64,000 bases of DNA from Cyanophora paradoxa CCMP329 (Eukaryota > Plantae > Glaucophyta): contig QPMI01000219.1 of the NCBI GenBank assembly GCA_004431415.1, positions 1 through 64,000 of the forward strand. The letters are read 5' to 3'. This document shows, in pieces, positions 1 to 10,384 of the stretch (position 1 is the stretch's first letter; each line of letters opens with the position of its first letter). Position numbers and translations under genes: made by a program. The notes beneath the pieces are model-generated. The model ran no database searches. It had not been told where the DNA came from and was given only the letters and a program-made list of their open reading frames with translations.

Positions 1-3000
1 AAATCTCTCTGGGGGAATATGCACAAGGCTAGCCTTAGGCAAGATGACCCACCCACCAGCAAGTCACTCAGTTCAAGGCCCAGTTTCGATCGCCAGAAAA
101 TAGAAGAGATGCACTTCAAATCTCTTGGGGAATATGCACAGGGCTAGCCTTAGGAATGACCCACGCAAATCACTCAGTCAAGGCCCAGGTTCGATCGCAA
201 TAAGATGCTCAATCTCTTGATTGCAAGGCGCTAGCCTTAGGAGATGACACCCACAGCAGCCTCAGTCAGCCAGTTTCCGATCTGCCAGAAATAGAAGATG
301 GATGCACTCAATCTCTCTGGGGGAATATGCACAAGGCGCTAGCCTTAGGAAGATGACCACCCACCAGCAAGTCACTCAGTCGAAGGCCCCAGGTTTTCGA
401 TCTGCAGAAATAGAAGATGGATGCACTTCAAATCTCTTGGGGGAATATGCACAAGGCGCTAGCCTTAGGAAGATGACCCACCCACCAGCAAGTCACTCAG
501 TCAAAGGCCCCAGGTTTCCGATCTGCCAGAAAATAGAAGATGGATGCACTTCAAATCTCTTTGGGGGAATATGCACAAGGTGCTAGCCTTAGGAAGATGA
601 CCCACCCACCAGCAAGTCACTCAGTCAAAGGCCCCAGGTTTCCAATCGGCCACAAAATAGAAGAAACATGCACCCCAAATCTCTCTGGGGGAATATGCAC
701 AAGGCGCTAGCCTTAGGAAGATGACCCACCCACCAGCAAGTCACTCAGTCAAAGGCCCCAGGTTTCCGATCGGCCAGAAAGAAGAAGAAAGATGCACCCC
801 AAATCTCTCTGGGGGAATATGCACAAGGCGCTAGCCTTAGGAAGATGACCCACCCACCAGCAAGTCACTCAGTTGAAGGCCCCAGGTTTCCGATCTGCCA
901 CAAAATAGAAGATGGATGCACTTCAAATCTCTTTGGGGGAATATGCACAAGGCGCTAGCGTTAGGCAGATGACCCACCCACCAGCAAGTCACTCAGTCAA
1001 AGGCCCCAGGTTTCCGATCTGCCAGAAAATAGAAGATGGATGCACTTCAAATCTCTTTGGGGGAATATGCACAAGACGCTAGCCTTAGGAAGATGACCCA
1101 CCCACCAGCAAGTCACTCAGTCAAAGGCCCCAGGTTTCCGATCGGCCACAAAATAGAAGAAACATGCACCCCAAATCTCTCTGGGGGAATATGCACAAGG
1201 CGCTAGCCTTAGGAAGATGACCCACCCACCAGCAAGTCACTCAGTCAAAGGCCCCAGGTTTCCGATCTGCCAGAAAATAGAAGATGGATGCACTTCAAAT
1301 CTCTTTGGGGGAATATGCACAAGGCGCTAGCCTTAGGAAGATGACCCACCCACCAGCAAGTCACTCAGTCGAAGGCCCCAGATTCCCAATCTGCCAGAAA
1401 ATAGAAGATGGATGCACTTCAAATCTCTTTGGGGGAATATGCACAAGGCGCTAGCCTTAGGAAGATGACCCACCCACCAGCAAGTCACTCAGTCAAAGGC
1501 CCCAGGTTTCCGATCGGCCACAAAATAGAAGAAACATGCACCCCAAATCTCTCTGGGGGAATATGCACAAGGCGCTAGCCTTAGGCAGATGACCCACCCA
1601 CCAGCAAGTCACTCAGTCGTAGGCCCCAGGTTTCCGATCTGCCACAAAATAGAAGAAAGATGCACCCCAAATCTCTCTGGGGGAATATGCACAAGGCGCT
1701 AGCCTTAGGAAGATGACCCACCCACCAGCAAGTCACTCAGTCAAAGGCCCCAGGTTTCCGATCTGCCACAAAATAGAAGATGGATGCACTTCAAATCTCT
1801 TTGGGGGAATATGCACAAGGCGCTAGCGTTAGGCAGATGACCCACCCACCAGCAAGTCACTCAGTCAAAGGCCCCAGGTTTCCGATCTGCCAGAAAATAG
1901 AAGATGGATGCACTTCAAATCTCTTTGGGGGAATATGCACAAGACGCTAGCCTTAGGAAGATGACCCACCCACCAGCAAGTCACTCAGTCAAAGGCCCCA
2001 GGTTTCCGATCGGCCACAAAATAGAAGAAACATGCACCCCAAATCTCTCTGGGGGAATATGCACAAGGCGCTAGCCTTAGGAAGATGACCCACCCACCAG
2101 CAAGTCACTCAGTCAAAGGCCCCAGGTTTCCGATCTGCCAGAAAATAGAAGATGGATGCACTTCAAATCTCTTTGGGGGAATATGCACAAGGCGCTAGCC
2201 TTAGGAAGATGACCCACCCACCAGCAAGTCACTCAGTCGAAGGCCCCAGGTTTCCGATCTGCCAGAAAATAGAAGATGGATGCACTTCAAATCTCTTTGG
2301 GGGAATATGCACAAGGCGCTAGCCTTAGGAAGATGACCCACCCACCAGCAAGTCACTCAGTCAAAGGCCCCAGGTTTCCAATCGGCCACAAAATAGAAGA
2401 AACATGCACCCCAAATCTCTCTGGGGGAATATGCACAAGGCGCTAGCCTTAGGCAGATGACCCACCCACCAGCAAGTCACTCAGTCGTAGGCCCCAGGTT
2501 TCCGAGCGGCCACAAAATAGAAGAAACATGCACCCCAAATCTCTCTGGGGGAATATGCACAAGGCGCTAGCCTTAGGAAGATGACCCACCCACCAGCAAG
2601 TCACTCAGTCAAAGGCCCCAGGTTTCCGATCTGCCACAAAATAACAGAAACATGCACCCCAAATCTCTCTGGGGGAATATGCACAAGGCGCTAGCCTTAG
2701 GAAGATGACCCACCCACCAGCAAGTCACTCAGTCGAAGGCCCCAGGTTTCCGATCTGCCATAAATTAGAAGAAAGATGCACCCAAAATCTCTTTGGGGGA
2801 ATATGCACAAGGCGCTAGCCTAAGGCAGATGACCCACCCACCAGCAAGTCACTCAGTTGAAGGCCCCAGGTTTCCGATCTGCCACAAAATAGAAGATGGA
2901 TGCACCCCAAATCTCTTTGGGGGAATATGCACAAGGCGCTAGCCTTAGGCAGATGACTCTTCCACCAGCAAGTCACTCAGTCAAAGGCCCCAGGTTTCCG

Positions 3001-3457
3001 ATCTGCCAGAAAATAGAAGATGGATGCACTTCAAATCTCTTTGGGGGAATATGCACAAGGCGCTAGCCTTAGGAAGATGACCCACCCACCAGCAAGTCAC
3101 TCAGTCGAAGGCCCCAGATTCCCAATCTGCCAGAAAATAGAAGATGGATGCACTTCAAATCTCTCTGGGGGAATATGCACAAGGCGCTAGCCTTAGGAAG
3201 ATGACCCACCCACCAGCAAGTCACTCAGTTGAAGGCCCCAGGTTTGCGATCTGCCAGAAAATAGAAGATGGATGCACTTCAAATCTCTTTGGGGGAATAT
3301 GCACAAGGCGCTAGCCTTAGGAAGATGACCCACCCACCAGCAAGTCACTCAGTCGAAGGCCCCAGGTTTCCGATCTGCCACAAAATAGAAGAAGGATGCA
3401 CCCCAAATCTCTTTGGGGGAATATGCACAAGGCGCTAGCCTTAGGAAGATGACCCAC
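1..3457 (+). repeat. 124-bp tandem satellite, block 1 (~28 monomers)
   Basis: AAATCTCT recurs at 801, 925, 1049 and 2041 (10 units = 1240 bp). The first ~420 bp are indel-rich, probably a low-quality contig edge. Confidence 0.97.
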
Positions 3458-3659
3458 TGATGCGAAGCGTAGTTCCCCTTCCCTTTCGCCGTAGCGAATG
3501 TAGCATGTACGTTAGTGATACCCCGTCCCTCGTGTAGGGGTATGTCATTCAATCATACGCGGGTATTACGCGTGTGTGCACGTGCGTCCCGGCACGGCAC
3601 TGCGCCGTGTGCGGAAGTGGCTTAGAACCCATCGTATAGACTCAAGCAGCTTCTTTTCA
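3458..3659 (+). repeat. 5' LTR of Gypsy A (202 bp, TG...CA)
   Basis: Near-identical to the reverse complement of 5948-6149; preceded by CCAC (TSD). Confidence 0.93.
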
Positions 3660-4223
3660 GCGGGGCTGCCGCCGGAAGCCATTGTATTTCGTGGCAGCGG
3701 TGGAATGTTCGACGCGAAGTGTTCGACAAAGCGGTCTCACAGCGTCTACGCATCGTTCTCCTGATTGCGTATACGCTTACAGTGCGTTCTGCAGCGATTT
3801 GCGCACTGCGACCTTTCATTGTCTATTCCGCCATTTTGCAGAGAACATAAGCTTGTTGCATCGCGATTCACTCATGGATCTCATTTTCGAAGCTGTGTGC
3901 GCCCTTGGCCGGCTGGCCGAGGTCGTTTGCTTGTGATACCTCCGTTTTCCGTGGAATCCCGCGAGTTTCCGGAGTTGTCTCTTTCCTCTCCTTTTGGAAT
4001 CTCTCTTTATCTCTCTTTCTTTCTTTTGGAACGATCTGAAATGTTTTCTTGAACACTGGCCTCGTCAAGCAACACTATTCGAGCAGTGTACCGTCGTAGG
4101 CTTGGGCCCTTTGCTAGGTCCTTAGTTAACGACTGTATTAATAAAGCTATCCTGCTCTCCGCACAGGCAGGAAGGCTGGCTGACGAGGACAACGTTTCTG
4201 TGGACATTGACCAGGAGGACATC

Positions 4224-5370
4224 ATGGCTGCCCAGCCTAGGGTGGACTTGATTAAGCCGCTCCTGCGCAATCTTCTTCTCCCCAAATTTGATATTCTGCT
4301 CCTTCTAGATTCCTTAAAAATGTTCGCGATGTGCTGAAGGCGATCTATGTCCTTACTTACTCCTTACTGGCGATCTTATGCCCACTGTGGACACCACTCC
4401 TTACTCCACATGGACGGCTCAGGCAAAGGCTGATTTTGACTATGCTTGGCCCCATGTGCAGTTGAAACTCCAGTCTGTCTTCAATGAGGCAGCTGGGGCC
4501 CATGACTTTTCTCGAGTGGTCCTTGAATGTGACAATTGGACAACTTTTCTCAAGAAGTTCGAGGATCACTTTATGCATTCGGATGTCCAGACGGATTCCG
4601 CTCGCAATTTCTGGTCCTATACATACCAGAGTGCTTGTCTCCAGGCTGGTACTCAAGTCAATTTTGAAGACTTTGCTGTGGAGAAGATGAAGCGAGCGGA
4701 GGAAGCTGGCATTCTCGAGAAAGTTGTGGTGAAGCAAATTTGGAGTGATGACCTGAAGTTGGGTGAGCTGCCTGCTGAATTGGACGACAATAAACTTCGC
4801 TTTTTGCGTCGGCTGCGCAGTCTCTGGACGGATCGCACTTCCTCTTTTTCTTCGTTTTCTCCTTTTGGAATTACTTCTCTTCCTTTTGGATCGCCGAAAA
4901 ATGTTTCTGGATTGAACGCTCTCACTTCGGAGCGTATTGAGTCTCTGATTGATGAGCGGGTCGAATCGAAGCTTAAACAGTTTTCTTTGAAGGTGGATGA
5001 TAAGCTTGATTCACTTCGTGACGAAACTCGCCGCCAATTGAGCGAGATTCGGCACGAGGCTCGCCAGCAATTTGACGAGTTGCGCGATGATTCTCGTCGC
5101 ACTTCTTCTATTATTTTGGATCGCATGGACCAGTTGTCTCGCCAGTTGCAGTATCGCCCTCGCGGTGATAGCTGGCGTGACCAGCCTCGTGGACATCACA
5201 ATTTTGATCGCAATCGTTCGAATGATAAATTTCTTAATTCTGGAAATGATTCTCGCAATTTTGGAAATTCTTCTGGTGGTTATCGCGGTCGCTCTGCTGA
5301 GCGCCGTGGGTCGTCGGCTGACCCTAGGGGTCGGGGCGGTTCGCAGCCCCGCCCGGCGGGAAAAGCCTAA
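4224..5370 (+). pseudogene. gag: Gypsy A gag, frameshifted near 4290 and about 4365
   Basis: MAAQPRVDLIKP...DFDYAWPHVQLKL...RRGSSADPRGRGGSQPR aligns with family B gag; 1-bp deletion relative to the copy near 28100. Confidence 0.82.
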
Positions 5371-5399
5371 CCCAGCCTGTTGTTGCCCGCCAGGCTGGG
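5358..5399 (+). promoter_or_regulatory. -1 ribosomal frameshift signal (G GGA AAA plus 9-bp stem-loop)
   Basis: Heptamer in gag phase; stem CCCAGCCTG/CAGGCTGGG; the -1 frame is open into pol. Confidence 0.85.
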
Positions 5400-5461
5400 G
5401 CGGCCAAGAAACCAGCCATTTTCGGCGCAGCGAATGGACTGCGATCGTTGCTGCCTTTGCC

Positions 5462-5947
5462 CAAGGCTAGCGCCTTGTGCATATTCCCCCAGAGAGATTT
5501 GGGGTGCATGTTTCTTCTATTTTGTGGCCGATCAGAAACCTGGGGCCTTTGACTGAGTGACTTGCTGGTGGGTGGGTCATCTTCCTAAGGCTAGCGCCTT
5601 GTGCATAATCCCCCAAAGAGATTTGAAGTGCATCCATCTTCTATTTTCTGGCAGATCGGAAACCAGGGGCCTTCGACTGAGTGACTTGCTGGTGGGTGGG
5701 TCATCTTCCTAAGGCTAGCGCCTTGTGCATATTCCCCCAAAGAGATTTGAAGTGCATCCATCTTCTATTTTCTGGCAGATCGGAAACCTGGGGCCTTCGA
5801 CTGAGTGACTTGCTGGTGGGTGGGTCATCTGCCTAAGGCTAGCGCCTTGTGCATATTCCCCCAGAGAGATTTGGGGTGCATGTTTCTTCTATTTTGTGGC
5901 CGATCGGAAACCTGGGGCCTTTGACTGAGTGACTTGCTGGTGGGTGG
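5462..5947 (-). repeat. 124-bp satellite, inverted block (~4 monomers)
   Basis: Reverse complement of the block 1 subfamily; abuts the 3' LTR through the TSD CCAC. Confidence 0.95.
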
Positions 5948-6149
5948 TGAAAAGAAGCTGCTTGAGTCTATACGATGGGTTCTAAGCCACTTCCGCACAC
6001 GGCGCAGTGCCCTGCCGGGACGCACGTGCACACACGCGTAATATCCGCGTATGAGTGAATGACATACCCCTACACGAGGGACGGGGTATCACTAACCTAC
6101 ATGCTACATTCGCTACGGCGAAAGGGAAGGGGAACTACGCTTCGCAACA
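5948..6149 (-). repeat. 3' LTR of Gypsy A (202 bp); polypurine tract at 6151-6160
   Basis: Matches 3458-3659. On the minus strand it is preceded by TGGAGGAGAG and followed by CCAC plus satellite. Confidence 0.93.
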
Positions 6150-6221
6150 ACTCTCCTCCAAGTAAGAAAAAGGCCACGTCCGCGCTGGCCAAGTCCAAGG
6201 AAGGAAAAGAAAAGAAAGAGA

Positions 6222-7643
6222 TCAATCAGGGTCCTTCCAAGGCTTGAGCCGAGAGGCATGGACCAATTGGCGCGAGCCCTCAGCAGGGGAACCACGCTCC
6301 TTAGGACCAGAATACTCCAGCAAGAAAGTAACTCCCTTGCCATGAGAAACATCTTTAAGCACAGTCCAAGGTCCAGTGAAACGATGGGAAAGCTTATCAG
6401 ACCGCCGAGTGGAAGGGGTCTTCACAGCAACAACTTCTCCAGGAATGAAAACTGGTTGAGAAGGCCGCTGCTGCTGCTTGGCAAGATATTCCTCCTTAGC
6501 TTGCTGAATGTCGGTATAAATCCGAGAGAAACGCCGTGCCAGCGTAGCCGGATAACCAGAAGGCTCTGAAGTAGTCACTTGAACTTCAGGAGTTGCCAGC
6601 AAGTCCACAGGAAGAATACAAGGCCTCCCATACAACATTTCGAAAGGAGTGTAGCCCGTTGTAGGATTAACGAAATTGCGCACTGCGAAGAGCGCAAACG
6701 GGAGAGAGAGATCCCATGTCGAAGCGTTTTTGTCAATGTAAAACCGCAGGCGAGTGACCAAGGTGTCATTCAATTTTTCCACAGCTCCTTGAGACTGCGG
6801 ATGATAAGAAGAAGAAAAGACCGCCTTTATTCCAAAAAGACGCTCCAGTTCATTAAGAAGCAAATTTTTGAATTCGCCGCCCTGATCCGACGAAATCTTG
6901 GCGGGGACTCCATGAAGGGGATTCCAGTGGTCGAACAAGGCCCGAACGACGGACATAGCCGACTTCGTTCGCGCGGGCACCGCATGGCACCAACGCGTAA
7001 AAACATCGATAATAGTAATCAGATATTTGTTGCCTTGCTTCGACTTCGGAAAAGGCCCGACGATGTCAATTTCCAAGTGCTGCATCGGCCGGTCAGCATG
7101 AATCTCGAATTGAGGAACCGCTTGAACAGTCTTGGAATTCTTGACACGTTGACAATCGGCACATGTCGAAACAAAGTTTGCGACATCAGAAAACATACTC
7201 CGCCAGTAATACCGCCGCTTGAGATGATTGTACATCTTGCCGACTCCCGGATGTCCGAGCGTGCGGTGCACCGATGACAGAATAGTTGATTCAAGATGAT
7301 CTGGTACGCAAATACGCACAAGTTTGTCCGAAGGCCGAGTGTGGACGAGAACGCCATCTTGCACAGAGAACTTGCCACTCTTGAGTTGGCGTTCGGCCTC
7401 CTTGTTGACACCTTGCGGTTCAATAGTAATATCTGATTCCAAATACTTAATCATATCCGCCAAAATAACATCATTTATTTGCTCATCCCGAATTCGAGCC
7501 GGGGGCAAACTCAACTGCAACTCAATTGCATCCAAGAAAGCGCTCGAAAAATTAGAAGAAAACTCCATCGCTTCCAAGGAAAGAACTGCAACTCGCACAA
7601 AACGAGAAAGAGCATCCGCATCGGCATTAGATTTGCCAGGCTT
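6222..7643 (-). pseudogene. pol: Gypsy A pol, piece 4 (end of RNase H and integrase)
   Basis: KPGKSNADADALSR, HHCC (HRTLGH...CADC), IDIVGP / SDQG / EKLN catalytic motifs, RFTGPW; no chromodomain. Confidence 0.93.
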
Positions 7644-7811
7644 ACGGATGCTGCTGCCTTCGATGACACATGGTGCTCGTTCTCCAAGCGGCTCTGCAAG
7701 ATGGCGCGTAAGCACAGAGCACATGTGATTAGCAAGCTTTACATGCATGAGCGCGGGGCGTTCAAAGCGCTGGGCGACGTCGAGATGAAGATCTACCGCC
7801 TGCCGCACGGA
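7644..7811 (+). pseudogene. LINE ORF2 fragment (post-endonuclease linker, piece 2)
   Basis: TDAAAFDDTW...LPHG joins in frame to the LINE break at 47959 and, across TSD CGGA, to 15296. Confidence 0.7.
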
Positions 7812-7891
7812 TGATGTGGAGTGTAGCTGGTTCGGGTTCTGTGTCGTAGTTTGCCCCCTACATCGCCCCTCTTTCTCTTTCGGCATAGGAT
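7812..7891 (+). repeat. Truncated Gypsy B LTR, probable original 5' partner of 15141-15295
   Basis: Same variant bases as the 15141 LTR; preceded by CGGA. Confidence 0.85.
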
Positions 7892-7892
7892 T

Positions 7893-8493
7893 TCAAGGCC
7901 CCAGGTTTCCGATCTGCCACAAAATAGAAGAAAGATGCACCCCAAATCTCTCTGGGGGAATATGCACAAGGCGCTAGCCTTAGGCAGATGACCCACCCAC
8001 CAGCAAGTCACTCAGTCCAACGCCCCAGATTACCGATCTGTGACAAAATAGAAGAAAGATGCACCCCAAATTTCTCTGGGGGAATATGCACAAGGCGCTA
8101 GCCTTAGGCAGATGACTCTTCCAAAAGCAAGTCACTCAGTCCAACGCCCCAGATTACCAACCTGCCACAAAATAGAAGAAAGATGCACTTCACATCTCTC
8201 TGGGGGAATATGCACAAGGCTCTAGCCTTAGGCAAATGACCCACCTGCCACCAAGTCACTCAGTCGAAGGCCCCAGGTTTCCGATCTGCCAGAAAATAGA
8301 AGAAAGATGCACCCCAAATCTCTCTGGGGGAATATGCACAAGGCGCTAGCCTTAGGCAGATGACCCTCCCAAAAGCAAGTCACTCAGTCCAATGCCCCAG
8401 GTTCCGATCTGCCACAAAATAGAAGAAAGATGCACCCCAAATATCTCTGGGGGAATATGCACAAGGCTCTAGCCTTAGGCAGATGACCCACCT
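7893..8493 (+). repeat. 124-bp satellite block (~5 monomers)
   Basis: Monomers carry the CCAAAAGCAAG / GATTACC variants shared with 43875-47646. Confidence 0.95.
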
Positions 8494-8648
8494 TGATGTG
8501 GAGTGTAGCTGGATCGGGTTCTGTGTCGTAGATTGCCCCCTACTTCGCCCCTCTTTCTCTTATGGCATAGGATATTTGTATCCCCTTCGTGTGCCCCTGC
8601 ACCCCAGTCTTGGTGTGTCCAATAATAAAGTGTCCACAATCCTTATCA
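8494..8648 (+). repeat. Gypsy B 5' LTR (155 bp, TGAT...ATCA)
   Basis: Direct repeat with 15141-15295; AATAAA near the 3' end. Confidence 0.95.
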
Positions 8649-8650
8649 TT

Positions 8651-8662
8651 TGGGGGCCGATG
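8651..8662 (+). promoter_or_regulatory. Candidate primer-binding site (TGGGGGCCG..., tRNA-Pro-like start)
   Basis: TGG 2 nt after the LTR; TGGGGGC matches the start of known tRNA-Pro PBSs. Host tRNA not available. Confidence 0.5.
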
Positions 8663-9263
8663 TGCAGAACCGCTCTGCCGCGGGAAAGTGTATAATCTTC
8701 TTCTTTGTCGTATTTGAAGGCTTCCTTTCGATGCTACGCGCTTGAATCTTGGAACTCGTCTGTCGTCGCGCGTACAGGCGCCAATCGTTCTCAAATGTGC
8801 TTTTGTGTGTAACTATTACCTATACGCATCGTTGGGACATCGCACAGCTGCTCTGCGCGCGCGCACGTGCTGGACTTCTGGCATGGAATGTTCTAGAACT
8901 TCGCTGAACCTCGCGTTCTGCGGTCGTTCCGTGTGCTACTGAGCTATACAAGACTCTTGCGCATGGTTTCTCGCCGCCTGCGTGCGTTCTGACGGTTTTC
9001 TGTGGAACCTTCCAGAACACCCCTTCCTGTCATGAAGTCTTGCTCTCGTCATCTAGACGCTTTCCTGCTGCTTCAGTAGTACTGCTCTCTTCTATTTCAA
9101 TCTGGCGAGTGCTACAAGGAGGTTGACCGCACTGCTGGACTTTGTGCTCGACCATCTGCTGACAGAAGTCCTTGGTGACCTCGCAGCAGAATCCCTTTCT
9201 GAACCCCTAGACGACGTGATTGTGGACGTTGATAACCAAGACGACATTAACCAGGAAGACGAC

Positions 9264-10354
9264 ATGGCACAGCCTAATGTGGACGTGCTCAAGCCCTTCC
9301 TCAAAACCGCTACTTTCCCTGCTTTCTCTGCCTCTTCTCCTACTGATTGGCTGGAGAGTGTGCAAGCACTCCTCCAGGTCGTTCAGATTATCCCCTCAGA
9401 TGGAACTGACGACCGCCCTGTGAATACATGGCCCAATCAAATGCAACTCGACCACAATTATGCTTGGAAGCAAGTTCTTATCAAGCTTGGATCCTGTTTT
9501 GCTCACGCTGAAAATGGAGCTGATTTCTGTCGTAAGGCTCTGCGAACTGCCTCATGGCCCGATTTCTTGAAGCAGTTCGATGAGTATTATCGACACAAGA
9601 GTGTTCAGCGTGATGCACGCAAGAAGTTCTGGGGCCTTAGCTATGCGGACGCCGTTCGTGACAATGGCAACATTCCAGTTCCATATGAGCAATTTTCCTC
9701 TACTGTGTTCCAATACGCAAAAGAGGTGAGACCCACAATCACGGACAACGAGATTATGAGTCATGTTTGGACTGAGTGCGGATTTCCTGGGGAGCTTCCC
9801 AGTGATCTTAAGAATCGTGCGCAATTCGATCACAGGTTGCGTACGATGTGGATTTCGTTTGTTCGAAGCGCGAATGTTGGAGCTTCGCCTTTCTTTTTCA
9901 ATTCTCCTAATCCGACGCTTCCAAAATTCTCGAATCCTGCGATAAACGCATTTTCTACTACCGAGCGCAGCAACTTCGTTACGCGCTCAGAGTTCGAGGA
10001 TTTTAAGGCTGAATTGGCGAAAGAAGTTGATTCGAAAGTGAATCGCCTCGATCGCAAAATTGACGATCGTCTTGATGAATTGCGTGCTGATTTGCGCGAT
10101 AACAATCGCCTCTTGCGCAACATTGCTTCGTCGCTGAAATTTTCTGATGCTGGTGCGCAAAACCGATCTCACGGAGGCGATGTCCAGCGCAGAGGCGACA
10201 GTTGGCGTGGCTCGTACAACTTCGAGAGTCTGGTCCCTCGTCTCGAGGTGGTCGTCCCCCTGCTCAGCGCGGACGCTCTCAGGAACGTCGCTCTGTGTCG
10301 GCTGATCCTGGTCGCCGAGGCAGCTCCCAGCCTCGCGGCTCGGGAAACGCCTAG
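9264..10354 (+). pseudogene. gag: Gypsy B gag (1-bp deletion near 10225)
   Basis: The copy ending at 42331 has the intact end ...SQPRGSGNA*; no CCHC knuckle. Confidence 0.85.
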
Positions 10355-10384
10355 CCCCGCCTGTTCTGCTCCGCCAGGCTGGGG
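10342..10384 (+). promoter_or_regulatory. -1 frameshift signal (G GGA AAC plus stem-loop)
   Basis: Classic slippery heptamer; CCCCGCCTG...CAGGCTGGGG stem; -1 frame reads RLAPPVLLRQAGAKLKPA into pol. Also at 42319-42325. Confidence 0.88.

Larger units (their letters stand above)
3458..5441 (+). mobile_element. Ty3/Gypsy family A, piece 1 (5' LTR, leader, gag, start of pol)
   Basis: LTR, then gag homologous to family B gag, then frameshift signal. Breaks at ...GAATGGACTG (5441). Confidence 0.92.

Noticed and set aside
1-420. Highly diverged satellite monomers
   Set aside because: Mostly scattered small deletions at the window start; looks like low-coverage consensus error.
302-586. ORFs inside satellite blocks (also in 15.7-19.3, 32-37.5 and 43.9-47.6 kb)
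   Set aside because: Chance frames of the 124-bp monomer opened by indels.
860-900. tRNA, 5S or hammerhead origin of the satellite (GAAGGCCCCAGGTTTCCGATC resembles a T-arm/B-box; CTGAGTGA...GAAA on the minus strand)
   Set aside because: No cloverleaf, A-box or 5S similarity; hammerhead core spacing and stem II pairing fail.
1-3457. CRISPR array
   Set aside because: Monomers are contiguous with no unique spacers; eukaryotic context; no cas genes.
6222-7886. 554-aa ORF as a single gene (likewise 37304-39112, 29295-31121, 47921-48916, 54170-54928)
   Set aside because: The ends read through LTR, LINE, satellite or other junction sequence; only the TE-derived cores are real.
8648-8656. Satellite RNA as primer for Gypsy B (CCCCAAAT is complementary to ATTTGGGG)
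   Set aside because: Only 8 low-complexity nt; a tRNA-Pro-like PBS is simpler.
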